64,000 nt of DNA from the human T2T-CHM13v2.0 reference genome, Homo sapiens: NCBI RefSeq assembly GCF_009914755.1, contig NC_060944.1. One strand, given 5' to 3'. This document shows, in pieces, positions 1 to 12,174 of the stretch. Positions within the stretch are counted from its first letter, which is position 1. Each line of letters begins with the position of its first letter. The translations under genes were made by a program, and so were the position numbers. Under the pieces are notes generated by a model, which searched no databases, had not been told where the DNA came from, and saw only the letters and a program-made list of their open reading frames with translations.

Positions 1-255
1 AAGCTCCAGGCTTCTCCTGGAGAGTTTTACTCTGTCAGTGATGACTGCAGGTTGAAGGCCACTGCAGTGTCCTGTCTATGATGTGTGGGAGGCAATAAGG
101 AAACCCAGGGCACTCAGCACCACGTCATCCTGAGTCTGGAGGCTCCCAGGCGGTGGCCTTCTAGGCTCCTTGGTTGTGTTATGTGCAGGACTTTTGGGTT
201 TTAGTGGGAAGATCCAGGAAGATTGGGCCGCTCCATTTTGGTGGAAACAGAAGTC
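1..255 (-). mobile_element. Ancient L1M-type 5' UTR start (fragment)
   Basis: The reverse complement begins GACTTCTGTTTCCACCAAAATGGAG, resembling the GACTTCC...CAAGATGGAG start of old L1M 5' ends (recalled consensus). Confidence 0.5.
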
Positions 256-429
256 TCCAATTCACCCCCTTTTGAGTATCCTTTGAGGTTTTGATGGGAA
301 CGTGATGACTTCAGAGGCAAATCTGAGGAGTGCTGGCACCTGCATGCTGCATGTCTTCCTACATCCACGGCACACATGTCCACATGACCAGGCCATCCTC
401 AGTGGCCTTCACAAAGATCACATGTGTCC

Positions 430-1385
430 TTGATGGGCGACTCTTCATATCTTTCTTCCCCATTGCAAAGGGAATTACTTTTAATTGTTCTTTATTATTT
501 TTATAGGGATGATAATGATTTTTGTACATGAAGCCTATACTTTGCTGATTAGTTCTCATAGTTTAGCTGCATATTTCTCTGAGCTTCTGTGCAATTATAT
601 TCTATACGAGAAAGGACTATTTGTCTCTCCCTCAATTCCTAGTCCTTGTCTTTTTTGTTTTGTCTTGTGATATTGGCTAGGACCTCTAATACAAACTAAA
701 TATAAGTGTGATAATGGGCCTTTTTGACTTGTGCAATAATATTTCCAAAGTTCTATTATTAAATGTTATGATGTTTGCTGTATTTTTTTTTGCCTTGTAT
801 CCCTAGCTTGCTGAGAATTTATCTGATTAACGCTGCAATTTGTGGACTGCATTTTCTTGCCTCTGTTGAGGTGATCACATGGCTGTTCTCCTTCCAGTGG
901 TTCATGTGGTTTAAAACAAAGTGTTTCTGAGATTGAGCCAGCTTTGCATTCCTCTTCATGACATACTGTTTTATATATGGATGGACTTGATTTTCTAGTG
1001 TTTCTTTAGTCCTTGTCCTGTTTTGATATCAATATTATACTAGACTTACACATTACTTGGGTAGTTTCCTTACATGAAAAACTTTTAAAGACAGATATTT
1101 ACTATTCCTAGAAAGTTTGGTGAAACTTGCCTATAAAACCTGGATCCAGAGGTGTGCGTGTGTGAGATAGAGGGAGAGAGGTTCAGTTACCATTTTGATT
1201 TGTTCAGTGGTAACTGATTTGTTCACTTCTTTTGTATTTTTGAGTCAATTTTACCATAGTTTTTGTAAAATTATTTATTTTATCAGTATTTTCCAATTTA
1301 CTAACATAAAGTGCTTGGTGTGATTTACAGTTTTTAAAATCTGTACTGTGTCTACAAACACACAATATTCTATTTTTCTCTATCC
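430..1385 (-). mobile_element. Degenerate L1M ORF2 fragment
   Basis: T-rich plus strand with antisense L1 phrases such as ttggctaggacctctaataca, gccagctttgcattcct and gtttggtgaaacttgcctataaaacc. Confidence 0.7.
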
Positions 1386-2519
1386 TAATTTAAAAATCTG
1401 TTCCCACCTGCATGTGTCTCACATGCACACACACAGCACTGATGGAAACAGCATGCGTGCAGTAAGTATGTAATCCTGGTGACTGCACAGACCCCGTGGT
1501 GGAGGAGAACAGCAGGCAAAGCAGCTGTTGATCCAGGAGCTTTTGATGCAAGGTTCATCTTGGGATCTAGACACAGACATAGGTGGGAATGGTGGGTTAG
1601 GGCTGTGCTGTACCTGGCCACTCTGGACCATGCCAGGGAGTGCTCTCACAGGTGCCCCATGGCCACCTCTGTTGCCCCCACAGCCCAAGGAAGGACTCTC
1701 CCTGTGCCAGCTTTGACCAACACTGCCTTGGCTGTGAACCAAACTGGACAGAAACAGTGTCTTTGCCACAAGTTCACGCCTGGTGAGGGAGAGAACTGAG
1801 ACACGTGGAGTCCCTGATGCAAGGATGGTGCAGGGCATGGACAGCAGGAAGGTACCTTGAAGGGAAGGCTGGGAGGGGTGGGGCCACAGAAGGAGAGGCC
1901 CGAGAGGCATTTGTGGCCAAGAGTAACAAGGGCCCCCCACTTGGACTTTACTCACTTCTCATGGGCACTCCACGGCGGGTCCTCAGGCCCTGGAATGTGG
2001 CCTGCTGATCCATTTTCCAGATGGAGGGACTGAGGCTGAGGGCCAGGTGGGGTGTCGGATGCACTAGAATTCAGACTTCAACTCCTGTCCTGTTCAACCC
2101 CTCCTCTTCGGGCCATGCAAGGAAGGAGGCCTCGTCTGAATTGCCCTTCCCAGGGGAGCCAGGCTCAAGGTGACACTGTGCCTCAGGTGCTGTGAGTCCA
2201 GGCGAGTTCAGCTCAGTGTAAGGGCCCCTAGCACGGCTAGAATCAGGCAGAGTGATGGGGCCCAGGACGTCCTGCCAGCCTTGCTTCCTGAAGAACTCGG
2301 ACAGGCCAGGGCTGTACCAGAGTTCCTATCAGACTGGGGGCTTGTGAGGAGACCTCACAGACTCTCCGCACAATTGCCCAAATCTCTGCCTCCCTCTGCA
2401 TGCAAATGGCCTTCGGTGACCTTGGCAAGGCCCCTTCCCCAGAATCACTCTCTTTATCTCATTTTGTGCAACCCAGATGCCTGCCACCAATGTTTCACAG
2501 ATGGTTTGAAAGTAAAATT

Positions 2520-2866
<347 letters not shown>

Positions 2867-4194
2867 CTATTTTAAAAAAAAAGTAATTGCATGCAATGTA
2901 GATTTGGGAATTTAATGCAATCAATGAGTTGGCAATTTCAGGGTGCACTTCCACATCTATTTCCAGGGGAATTTTAATTTTCTTGGTCTTTCTTTTATAG
3001 CAGGTAAAGCAAGATGTCATGATCATCTTTGAGAAATGTTTGTTTAGGGCATCCAGGGCCTTTAAGTGGGAATAATGATACTTGGGAACATAAAATTGCT
3101 TCTGAATAAACGTCTGGCTCATAAGGCAGCAGCACTCAGAGAGGCCAAGAGTGCATCTTTATGAATGAGCATGGGGAACGAAACAGGCTGAGTAACCCTG
3201 GGCCCACACACTGGCTGCTGCCAAAAGCTCCGTCTTCAGGGAGCCGCGTGGGGATGGCCGGGTGCTGGGGTTTCCAGGTGCTTGGATTCTGCTCCTGCCA
3301 GGGAGCCAGGCTGTCACCATGCTCAGAATTGACACCTGAGACCTGCACTTTGGTTTGGGTCCCCCAGAGACACACTGGAGGGCAACTTGTTTGTGTAGGG
3401 GGTGATCTTAGGAAATCCGGTAGGGTGTGGGGAAGGAAGGGAGTGTGGCCGATAAAGGTTGCAGCAGGATCGGCTGTGGCTGCAGGGATGTTCGGGGAGC
3501 CAGGACAGCCCGTGCGCCTCAACTTTCCCGCCGGAGGGGCAAGGGAGCCGCATGTTTTTGCCCTGATACCCCCAGCGCGTCATGGGTTAAGGCTGCTCCA
3601 GGCCTCAGGCAGAGGCTCTGGGCAGGTGGGGTTCCGCTGGGCTGGGTGAGGTGGCGAGGCCTGAGGGAAGTGGCTGGAGCTGACGGCACCTGCTCCTTAG
3701 ATTTAAACCAGCCGTGACATTTCCAATATTCGTGGTTTTCAAGGCACTTTCTCATTTGTAAACGTGGTCACCAAAAGAGGACAGAGGCCCCTCCTTTCTC
3801 AGTAAATACTTGCTGAGCTTCTGGGGAGTGCTGGCAGTTGGTGGCCACCAGACACTCCCAGATCCCTGCCTCTTGCAGATGCTGGTCTCTTCTGTCTGGC
3901 ACGCATGACCTTTGCGGTCACACTCCAGGATGTTTGTCATGGGGCTCTGAGGAGCGGGGAGTCGACGGCTCTAATGTTTGCATAAGTGTGACTTTTCTGA
4001 ATGCGTTGGCAGAGACGGGGGTGAGAAGCAAATAATCTGTTTTGGTTTTGTACATTCTGGTAAATTCTGCAAGCGAGACTCCCAAACAGCTGCCTAAGAG
4101 TCCAGGGTAAAGCTACGGGTGACAATGCCAGGTAGCAACGTCTCATTCAGCATCACTGACAGCACCAGATGGAAAGAGCCCCCGCCCCTTCCAT

Positions 4195-4214
4195 ACACGG
4201 ATGCTCATGCACCA

Positions 4215-4248
<34 letters not shown>

Positions 4249-4427
4249 ATAGAAACGTAGACATGCAAATTTGCATGCATGCAAACCTGCATGTGCACAC
4301 ACAGACACACACGTACCACACACCACACACACAGATACACACAGACGCACACTCACCATACATCCCACACATAGGCACACACATACACACACACACCACA
4401 CATACGGACACACACATGTGCACACAG
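4195..4427. repeat. (CA)n microsatellite and degenerate CA-rich tract
   Basis: Pure (CA) run at about 4218-4247 followed by interrupted CA repeats. Confidence 0.95.
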
Positions 4428-5119
4428 TCTGTGTCTGTGGTTACTGACCAGGAGGGAGTGTGTGGTTGGGGGCTTACGGGGTAGGGAAACCTGGTTTGGT
4501 CTCCCTGCTCAAACCAGCTCTGAGGCCTCCTTAAGACTCGGTTTTCTCATGTGTCGCATGTTGGTGAAGGCTCCTGCCCCACCACCTCCCAAGGAGGTGA
4601 TGGAACTTCAAACATGGTGACAGATGGAGAGGGCAGCCTGATGGGGAGGAGATGTGATGAGTGGGTGCCGTGAGCTGCGGACGGCACCGTGCTGCAGCCC
4701 ACCTAGGTGTACTTTGGATGAGCAGAGTTGAGGCAGTCAGTAGGTTGGGGCAGTTGGTAGGGAGGTACCCCTCTGGCACGGGAAGGGCTCACTTGAGGCT
4801 GGATGCATGAGACATCCTCGCCGGGACAAGGCAAAGGCCCTCTCCACCCCAGGTCCAGCCTTCACAGAGCTGCCAGAGGTGCTGCTTAGAAGCAGAGTCC
4901 AGAGGCAGCAGCCAGGGGCTGGCCAGACTGGAAACTATGGAAGAGGTGGGAGGACCACAGAGATCCTCTTCTCAGGTGAGGGCTGCCTCCCCCGCTCCTG
5001 CTGTCTCTGATTACTTGAATCAGTGCTGGACAAAGGACCATCTCATGGAAAAGCCTCACCAAGTACCTCCAACCAATCTTCCATCTTCGGCTCAAATGCC
5101 CCCTGCTCATGGAGACCTT

Positions 5120-5187
5120 CACTCCCTGGCACCCACACTCCCTGGCACCCACACTCCCTGGCACCCACACTCCCTGGCACCCACACT
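5120..5187. repeat. 16 bp tandem repeat CACTCCCTGGCACCCA, about 4.2 copies
   Basis: Perfect copies read directly from the sequence. Confidence 0.95.
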
Positions 5188-5289
5188 AGGCCAGTGCCCC
5201 GGTTTTATGCCATTATAAAGCAACACATTTCCTCTTTGTGGCTCTTAAGTCAGATGTGACCACACGCCCAGTCCGGCAACCGCACGGGA

Positions 5290-5395
5290 GGTCTCTCCCC
5301 CTAGACTGTGCTCCATGGGGTGGACCCAGGCCTTGTGCTGTTTTTACTTATATCCCCCATGGAGACCAGAGCTAGGCACAGAGTACAGCAGCACC
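5290..5395 (+). mobile_element. L2 3' end fragment
   Basis: ctccccctagactgtgctccat...ctaggcacagagta resembles the L2 3' terminus. Confidence 0.55.
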
Positions 5396-6519
5396 CCAAC
5401 TTTCAGCCGGTTACCCATACATCTCTCATGTCATTAAGAACAATGAAACTATAGCACACACACATTCCAGTGGAAAAAAATAATTTTCAAAGTTCCCTGG
5501 AGTTCGTTGCAGTGGAATCCATGGCCCAGGTGAGCACAGCTGCAGGGAGCTGCGCGGGGGGAGCCGCAGAGCTGGGCACTTGCGAATTAAGTCCCGGTGA
5601 CCGGTGACTGCCGAGGCTCTGGCAGGCGGAGGGCGGGGTGCGGAGATGCCGTTCAGAACCTCGGACAGCGCCGCGGCCCATCCGGCCAGCCAGAAGCTGG
5701 GTTTCATCTGTTTTCTTGGGGACTCCAGGATTACGGAGTATTGCCATGATAGGGGCCAGAGTGCTTTATCCCCCAAAGCACCCCCCAAAACGCGGCACGG
5801 GTGCAGGCTCCGGCCTCAACACCTGCTGCCTTGCCGTGTGATCTGGGGTGGAGCTTCCTCACGTCTCTGGGGCTGTTTCCCACAGGAGGAAGAGGTTTAG
5901 TTCAGCCTGGAAGGAGGGCATCCCATCTGAGCCGAGACCTCTTTGAGGGTCCTTGTATGTCACCTGCTGTCTGTCGCTGGTTCGCCTTCTGGCATCTTTG
6001 ATACCTCCCCAGTCAGAGACCTCTGTTTGTGCCAAGAAGTCATCTGCTGTGTCTTCAAACAAGACCGTAGGAGGCAGAGCCTCTGGTGCTGGCACATCGC
6101 AGAAGCTAATACCTCGTCACCAACGGAGTGAAGAGACCACGGCTTTCCCCTTTCCTTCCTGTATTCCAGCTTGCATGGATGCCAGCAGAATTCAATCTAA
6201 AGTGGAAAGAGAAAAGTAAACAAACCTGAGAACTTTCTGGATCTCTGCAGAGCTGGGCACTTTGCCAGTACAGGTTTTATTGGAGGGAAGTGGTGGGTTG
6301 CTTCCTCGTGTTCCCATCGCACAGGCTGGAGTAAACTAGCTCCGTAAGCAGGCTTGCCTTTGGCCGACAGATGACAACGTGTCTGCATGTAGACATAGAC
6401 TTTACAAAGGGCTAGAGATGGCTGGTGGTTCTCATGGGGAGATGGCCCTGAGGCTGATCAGTGTCATTCCAGTCAAAGGGCTGCCTCTTAGGGGCACGTG
6501 ACATCCCCCAGCACCCGAC

Positions 6520-6925
6520 CTGCCCGGACAACCAGCCACCAGGCAGACAGGAGTGAGGGGGTGAACGAAGTATGGACTGAATCCACAGCCTACCTGGACA
6601 ACCTCACCACGAAGACAGGAGTGAGGAGGTGAACGCAGTGTGGACTGAATCCACAGCCTGCCTGGACAACCTCACCACGAAGACAGGAGCGAGGGGGTGA
6701 ACACAGTGTGGACCAAATCCACAGTCTGTCTGGACGACCAGCCACCACGCAGACAGGAGCGAGGGGGTTAACGCAGTGTGGACCGAATCCACAGTCTGTC
6801 TGGATGACCAGCCACCACGCAGACAGGAGCGAGGGGGTGAACGCGGTGTGGACCGAATCCACAGTCTGTCTGGACGACCAGCCACCACGCAGACAGGAGC
6901 AAGGGGGTTAACGCGGTGTGGACCG
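6520..6925. repeat. 69-70 bp minisatellite, about 5.7 copies
   Basis: Unit GCCACCACGCAGACAGGAGCGAGGGGGTGAACGCGGTGTGGACCGAATCCACAGTCTGTCTGGACGACCA; starts at 6741, 6811 and 6881, with more diverged 69 bp copies on the 5' side. Confidence 0.95.
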
Positions 6926-6927
6926 CT

Positions 6928-7000
6928 GTCATGGCTCACAGCAGCCTCAACCTCCTGGGCTCCAGTGATCCTCCTGCCTCAGCCTCCCAAAGCACTGAGA
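6928..7000 (-). mobile_element. AluJ/FLAM-like fragment
   Basis: ggctcacagcagcctcaacctcctgggctccagtgatcctcctgcctcagcctcccaaagcactg. Confidence 0.85.
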
Positions 7001-7129
7001 CGAACATAGACGCAGGCACACATGCACACAGGCTGTGAAATGTATGTCTCCAAGTGGCTGCGGGCCCCTGAAGGGCTGCTGCAGCCCTGGGGCTTTGCTC
7101 TTCAGAGCCATGTCGAGGGAGCAGTAGCG

Positions 7130-7950
7130 GGAGCCACATGTGACCCCCAGATCCAGACAGAGACCACTTCCAGCCCCCAGGAGGCCCACACTCCCCTCCA
7201 CTCCACAGCGCCCCCAAAGGTGCCCACGTCTCTGACCCCCACCCTGGGTGAGTAGGAGCACGTAGCAGGTGCCCCTCACGTGCAGCTCTCTCATCCACAC
7301 ATACTCACACATGCTCACACAGGAAAGCACATGCCCGCTGTGTCCTGCTGCATTGCTGGGCAGTGTCCACTGCACGTCGCTCGCTGCATTGCTGGGCAGT
7401 GTCCGCGGCATGTCGCTCTCTGCATTGCTGGGCAGTGTCTACTGCACGCCGCTTGCTGCATTGCTGGGCAGTGTCTACTGCACGCCGCTCGCTGCATTGC
7501 TGGGGAGTGTCCGCTGCATGTCGCTCGCTGCATTGCTGGGCAGTGTCCGCTGCACGCCGCTCGTTGCATTGCTGGGCAGTGTCTACTGCACGGTGGACGC
7601 TCCTGCACTCATGGATGCTCAGGCTGCTTCCCGTTGGACGCGATTGTGAGTGACGCTGCTGTGAGCCTCCAGGTACCGGCCTTGGAGCCAGCAAATGCTT
7701 TCATTTCTCCCATGCAACATCTGGGGCTGGAATTTCTGGGTCATATGGTGGGTGTATATTTGACTGTACTAGAAAGTGTCAAGCGGTTCTGAAGTGGCCG
7801 CACCATGCACAGCCCCAGACAGTGTGAGCGTCCGCTGCCTGCAGCCCCCCAGCACTGCCCAGCCAGTCTTTCCGGTTTGGGCCATTCTGGTGGGGGTGAG
7901 GCAGCACTGCACAGGGTCTTATTTCCATTTCCCGAAGCCCATATGTTTTC
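7130..7950 (-). mobile_element. GC-shifted L1ME-type 3' end relic
   Basis: Collinear with the antisense L1 3' consensus, e.g. gctttcatttctc...ggaatttctgggtcatatggtgggtgtatatttgact...gccattctggtgggggtg. Confidence 0.75.
7347..7592. repeat. 36 bp minisatellite, about 6.8 copies
   Basis: Unit CTGCATTGCTGGGCAGTGTCYRCTGCAYGYCGCTCG, starting at 7348, 7384, 7420, 7456, 7492, 7528 and 7564. Confidence 0.97.
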
Positions 7951-7999
7951 TCTCTGGAGGACGGGGGACTCAAGGCACCCTCCCCGCCCCCTCCTGCCT

Positions 8000-8260
8000 T
8001 CTCCATAAATCTCTCCCTCTGAAAAACACAATCAATAAGCCACAGAGCCCAACATGCGACCGCAAAGCCGCTCCATTATTAAGTCTGTAATTGCTGAGAA
8101 TTAATTTGCTAATTGCACGCAACTAATCTGCGTCCTTTCTGTTTTATATCAATTAACAGAGTAATTAAAAAAAGCAATCTTCGTGTCAGCTCCTCCCTGG
8201 CAGACTTAGCCTGCCAGAGCTAATGAGACAGGCCACCCTTCAGCCAACCTCATTAGTGAC
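8000..8260. promoter_or_regulatory. Candidate enhancer or conserved non-coding element rich in homeodomain motifs
   Basis: Non-repetitive AT-rich island with about 10 TAAT/ATTA cores, AATCAATA and TGTCA; function is inferred. Confidence 0.55.
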
Positions 8261-9015
8261 GACCGTGCGGCCAGGAAGTCCTTGATGTGCGATGTGCAGT
8301 AGCTAACAAGGGCCCCCCTGCCGCGAAGCAACAACTTGCTGGGCATGGAGCAGGGACCCACGGGTCCCCATCATTGCCTCCGGGCTGGTGGGACCCACAA
8401 CTGTGCCAACACAGGGGCTTTGCTGGGCTGGCAAGTGCAGGGGGCCCCAGCCAGGCAGTTTCAGAAGAGCAGGCACGACGCCAAGGCCTAGGAAGGAGGC
8501 CACAGAGGCCCGAGTATCCCAGGGGGTCTTTGCTGGGATCTGGCATTGGGTGCCTCTCCCGCTACGCAGGGATGGAGAGAAAAGACACCGAGAGTCCTGG
8601 GGCTGATGAAGAGCTTGAGCTCGGAGCCTGACCACCCACAGACAGCAGAGTGATAGACGCCTCCATGACACAGAACGCAGCCCTCCCTGCCTCCAGCCCA
8701 CAAAGCCTCCTCCTCCACAGCCCGACAAGGGCCAGTGCTGGGCCAGCTGCTGGAGGACAGACAGCCACGCCAGGGGACACCACAGCTCCCAGCTCCCTCC
8801 TGCGCCTCCCCGGCCACCATGAGGATGGAAGACAGCACCAAGGACGAAGAAGAGAGCCTGAGCAGAGGCCAGGACCTGGGCCAACTCAGGGACCAGGCAA
8901 GCACACCTTGCCATCTTGCCTGTCCCCTCTGCTGAGCAGGACTATTGCTGGGACTGGCCCCCTCCACAGCACCCAAGCCAGCCTTGGGCAAAAGGTGCTG
9001 TCATCCCAGCTGACC

Positions 9016-9110
9016 CCTGGTGCCAGCCCGGTACACACCAGTGAGGGGATCACCAGGGAGGCCTGGTGCCAGCCTGGTGTGCGCCAGTGAGGGGATTGCC
9101 AGGGAGGCCT
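9016..9110. repeat. 46 bp two-copy tandem duplication
   Basis: cctggtgccagcc...ccagtgaggggat..ccagggagg at 9016 and 9062. Confidence 0.85.
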
Positions 9111-10739
9111 CCACACAGACTGACCTCTTTTGGTGCTGGGGGAGGGGCTGCCACTGTAGATGCTCTCAGCTGGGGAACCTTCCCCAGAGCAAGCTGCTGG
9201 ATGTGCAGGGGCCCCGGGCATGCTGTCCAGCAGGTCCTCCCAGGCTCCCAGCTGCCCCCATCCATGGCCTTCCGACACAGCCGCCAGCCGCTGACCGACA
9301 TCAGGTGCCTGTGCATTGCTGGGCCCACCCTCCAGCACTGTCACGTTCATCTTAGCAATGGCTCATGAGGTTGGATGGCTCCTGTCCATGCTCAGCCAAG
9401 GATCCACTCAGAGCAGTTCAGTGGCCTTCCCCTGGCTGCAGAGTAGAGCCGGATGGAGTTGGACCTGGACGCAGGCCGCCCCCAGCCTGTGCTCCTGGCC
9501 ACCGCTCAGCCTGCCCCTGCTGCCAACACGGTCCGAATGACCACTGTGTGTCCCATGCGCCTCCACGGGCCCAGAGGCTTGTGTGTGCCAGGCTCAGCAC
9601 CTCAGGACCCTCGGTCTGATCGCTCGATGCCCAGGAAGCCCAGGAAGTGCCTGTGTCCCCCTCATCCCCTGCACAGTCACCCCAACACGAGTCCCTGCAC
9701 CCCCCTTCCTGACCTCCCTCACCCTGCACCTTTCTCCTGTACCCTCCAGGTCCTGGCCCCTCCCCTCCCCCAGAATGAGCCCTTCAATTTCTCACCCAAC
9801 GAAAGCCTGGCCCTGCCCTGAGGCCCCCGTCAAGGGGCAGGGGCAGGGGCTGCTCCCACCCTCCTGTCAAGGCGACTCCATTCCTGGGCCATTCTCCATC
9901 CTCCTCCCCAAAGTCCTCGCCTCCCGGGCCCAGGCTCTGCCACCTGCCTGGCTCAGCCTCCAGCCCAGCCCCCCGCCTTCCATCTCCCCTTGCCCACCAG
10001 AGGGTGGGGCCCCAGACATGGGCTCTTGTCCCTCTGGCCTGCCTGGCCCCCCCACATGCACACAGGGTGAGGCGGGGCAGGGAAGCTGGGCCTTGGGTAT
10101 CCAGCCCTGGGGAAGAGCCAGGCCAGGGTGAGGCTGAGGGTGCTCAGCTGCCAGGTGCTCAGGAAAGCAGGGAGCAGGAAACTCCTGGAATTGGGAATTA
10201 AGTGCAAGGAGAGGGGATGTGTGGAGCTGGCAGCATTCTGCCAAGTGCTCCCCCAGAGAGCCAGCTGCACTGGAGCCCACACGCACAGAGCCCGGGGCGT
10301 GGCACTCATACACACGCTCGTGTCTGCCTTCACGTGTGTATATGAGTGTGGAGTGTGCACACGCATGCTTGTGTGTGCTTGAGCACATTTGAGTGTGCAC
10401 CTGTGGCTGCGGTGCCCAGGTGCATGTATGTATGCTCCCGTGCAAGCACATATGTGTGTGCATTGGGAGGCAGGAACCATGACGACTGCACAGCCCAGCA
10501 CGGCGCCCCCACCGTCACCCGCCCTGAAACGAAAGGGACCCCCAGGTCACCCAGGCTGGAGGGTTTCCAGTTGCTCCCCTCAGGGTCACTTAAGAGTCAG
10601 GCGAGTCCACAAGACCTGCTACTGCAAAATCACAGCCTGCAGCATCTCAGGGCCTGTCTTCCACCCCAGCCCATTGTCATTCTGCATAAAAGCAGAAAAA
10701 AAAAAAAGGCACCAAACTGCACCAAGCGTGCAACAGATG

Positions 10740-11000
10740 CAGCTCAAACAAACTCGTGTACGACACGGAAGAGACAAAAGCGTTGCCGGCAACTTGTTTG
10801 GGACACACGTGATACAGAAAGGTGACGAAACATCACAGATCAGTGGGAAAACAACTAAACTGCAAACTGAAGAATGGGCTTGGGCAGACCACTCACAGAA
10901 GAAATCCCAAAAGCCAATAAATGACTTGAAACTATCCAGTGTCACTATTAAAGAAATGCAGATTTAAATAAAGTTTGACTTTCAAACTAGCAAAAAATGT
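10740..11000 (+). mobile_element. Degenerate L1 ORF2 3' fragment
   Basis: agaatgggc...cactcacagaagaaatcccaaaagccaataaatgacttgaaa...attaaagaaatgcagatttaa. Confidence 0.6.
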
Positions 11001-11294
11001 ATGAAACTATGAAGCTCGATGCGTGTGATCATCAGCAGAGGCCGACGCTGCAGGCAGGGCCAAAGCTTCTGACCCTGGCCCCCAGGGAGGAACCCAGAGG
11101 CCAGTCAGGGAGGGGCAGCGAGCTCACGGCCAGGCAGCGCCACAGCACTGGCGACCCTCAGGGAGAACAGGCACTACCCAGGGCTGGATGCGTAACGGGC
11201 CCCCCGGCCACACCCCACCGCCCATCAGAGCCGCAGCTCCTGAGAACGCATCCGGAGGCAAGGCCAAAGTCAGCCATGGCACAAACATTTGTGC

Positions 11295-11705
11295 ATCAAG
11301 GTCCTGTTGCTCTGCAACAACTCACCACAAACAGAGGGGTGGAAACCTCCATGTCATCGGACGGCCCAGCGGTCAGAAGTCCAACGCCATCTCCCTGGGC
11401 TGATGTCTGTGCAAGCAGGGCTGATGCCGTAGCTTTTCCGGCTTCTGGAAGCTGCCACAGCCCCTGGCTCATGGCACCATCCTCACATCCTCTGAATCCA
11501 CATTCTCCTCTGAATCTCCCGCCTCCCTCTTTCCACTGTAAGGACCCTGTGATGACACTGCACCCTCAGACCCTGGTAACCCAGGGTCATCTTTCCACCT
11601 CAGGGCGTCTGACTTAAGCCTGCCTGGAGGGTCCCTGTGGTCACATTCATGGGTTCCAGGGTTCAGACACGGCCACTTTGTGGGATCATTACTCTGCCTA
11701 CCACA
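11295..11705 (-). mobile_element. MLT1 (ERVL-MaLR) LTR
   Basis: ttgctctgcaacaactcaccacaaac...ggtcagaagtcc...taaggaccctgtgatgacactg...attactctgcctaccaca, matching an antisense MLT1 terminus. Confidence 0.8.
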
Positions 11706-12039
11706 CCATGTGGCCCTGTGTGTGTTTTCAGGGGGCATTTGCGCTTATATGCAAATAATACATATATGAATAAACGTGTGAATGGTGGTCACGTAGGAGA
11801 GGGCATCTGTATGGGGCCACACCTGTATCTTCGCTGTGCTTTCCACTTGTTATTTTCTAAAGGGTGGATATGATCTTACAGAGGATAGCTCAACGTCCAG
11901 TTGTGGAAGGAGATGGGACGAGGGTTGGATTTACTTGGAAACACAATGGTGCCCACAGAGCAGCCAGGACTGAACTTGGCCTGGATCTACCCTGAGCCTG
12001 CTCAGTGCAGTAGGGGCTGGTGCTGCTGTGGCTCCATGG

Positions 12040-12165
12040 TTTCAAGTTAATTTTTGATCCATTTCAAGTTAATTTTTGCATATGGTGTGAGGTAAGGGTC
12101 CAGCTTCATTCTTTTTTATGTAGATGTGCAGTTTTCCCAGTGCCATTTGTTTGGGACTATATTTT
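12040..12165 (-). mobile_element. L1M fragment
   Basis: ttgatccatttcaagttaatttttgcatatggtgtgaggtaagggtccagcttcattc. Confidence 0.8.
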
Positions 12166-12174
12166 AATTAACTA

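Noticed and set aside
7269-7792. Cys-rich repetitive ORFs (CIAGQCPLHVAR)n resembling metallothionein or keratin-associated proteins
   Set aside because: Product of a 36 bp (multiple of three) minisatellite inside an L1 relic; open in several frames on both strands.
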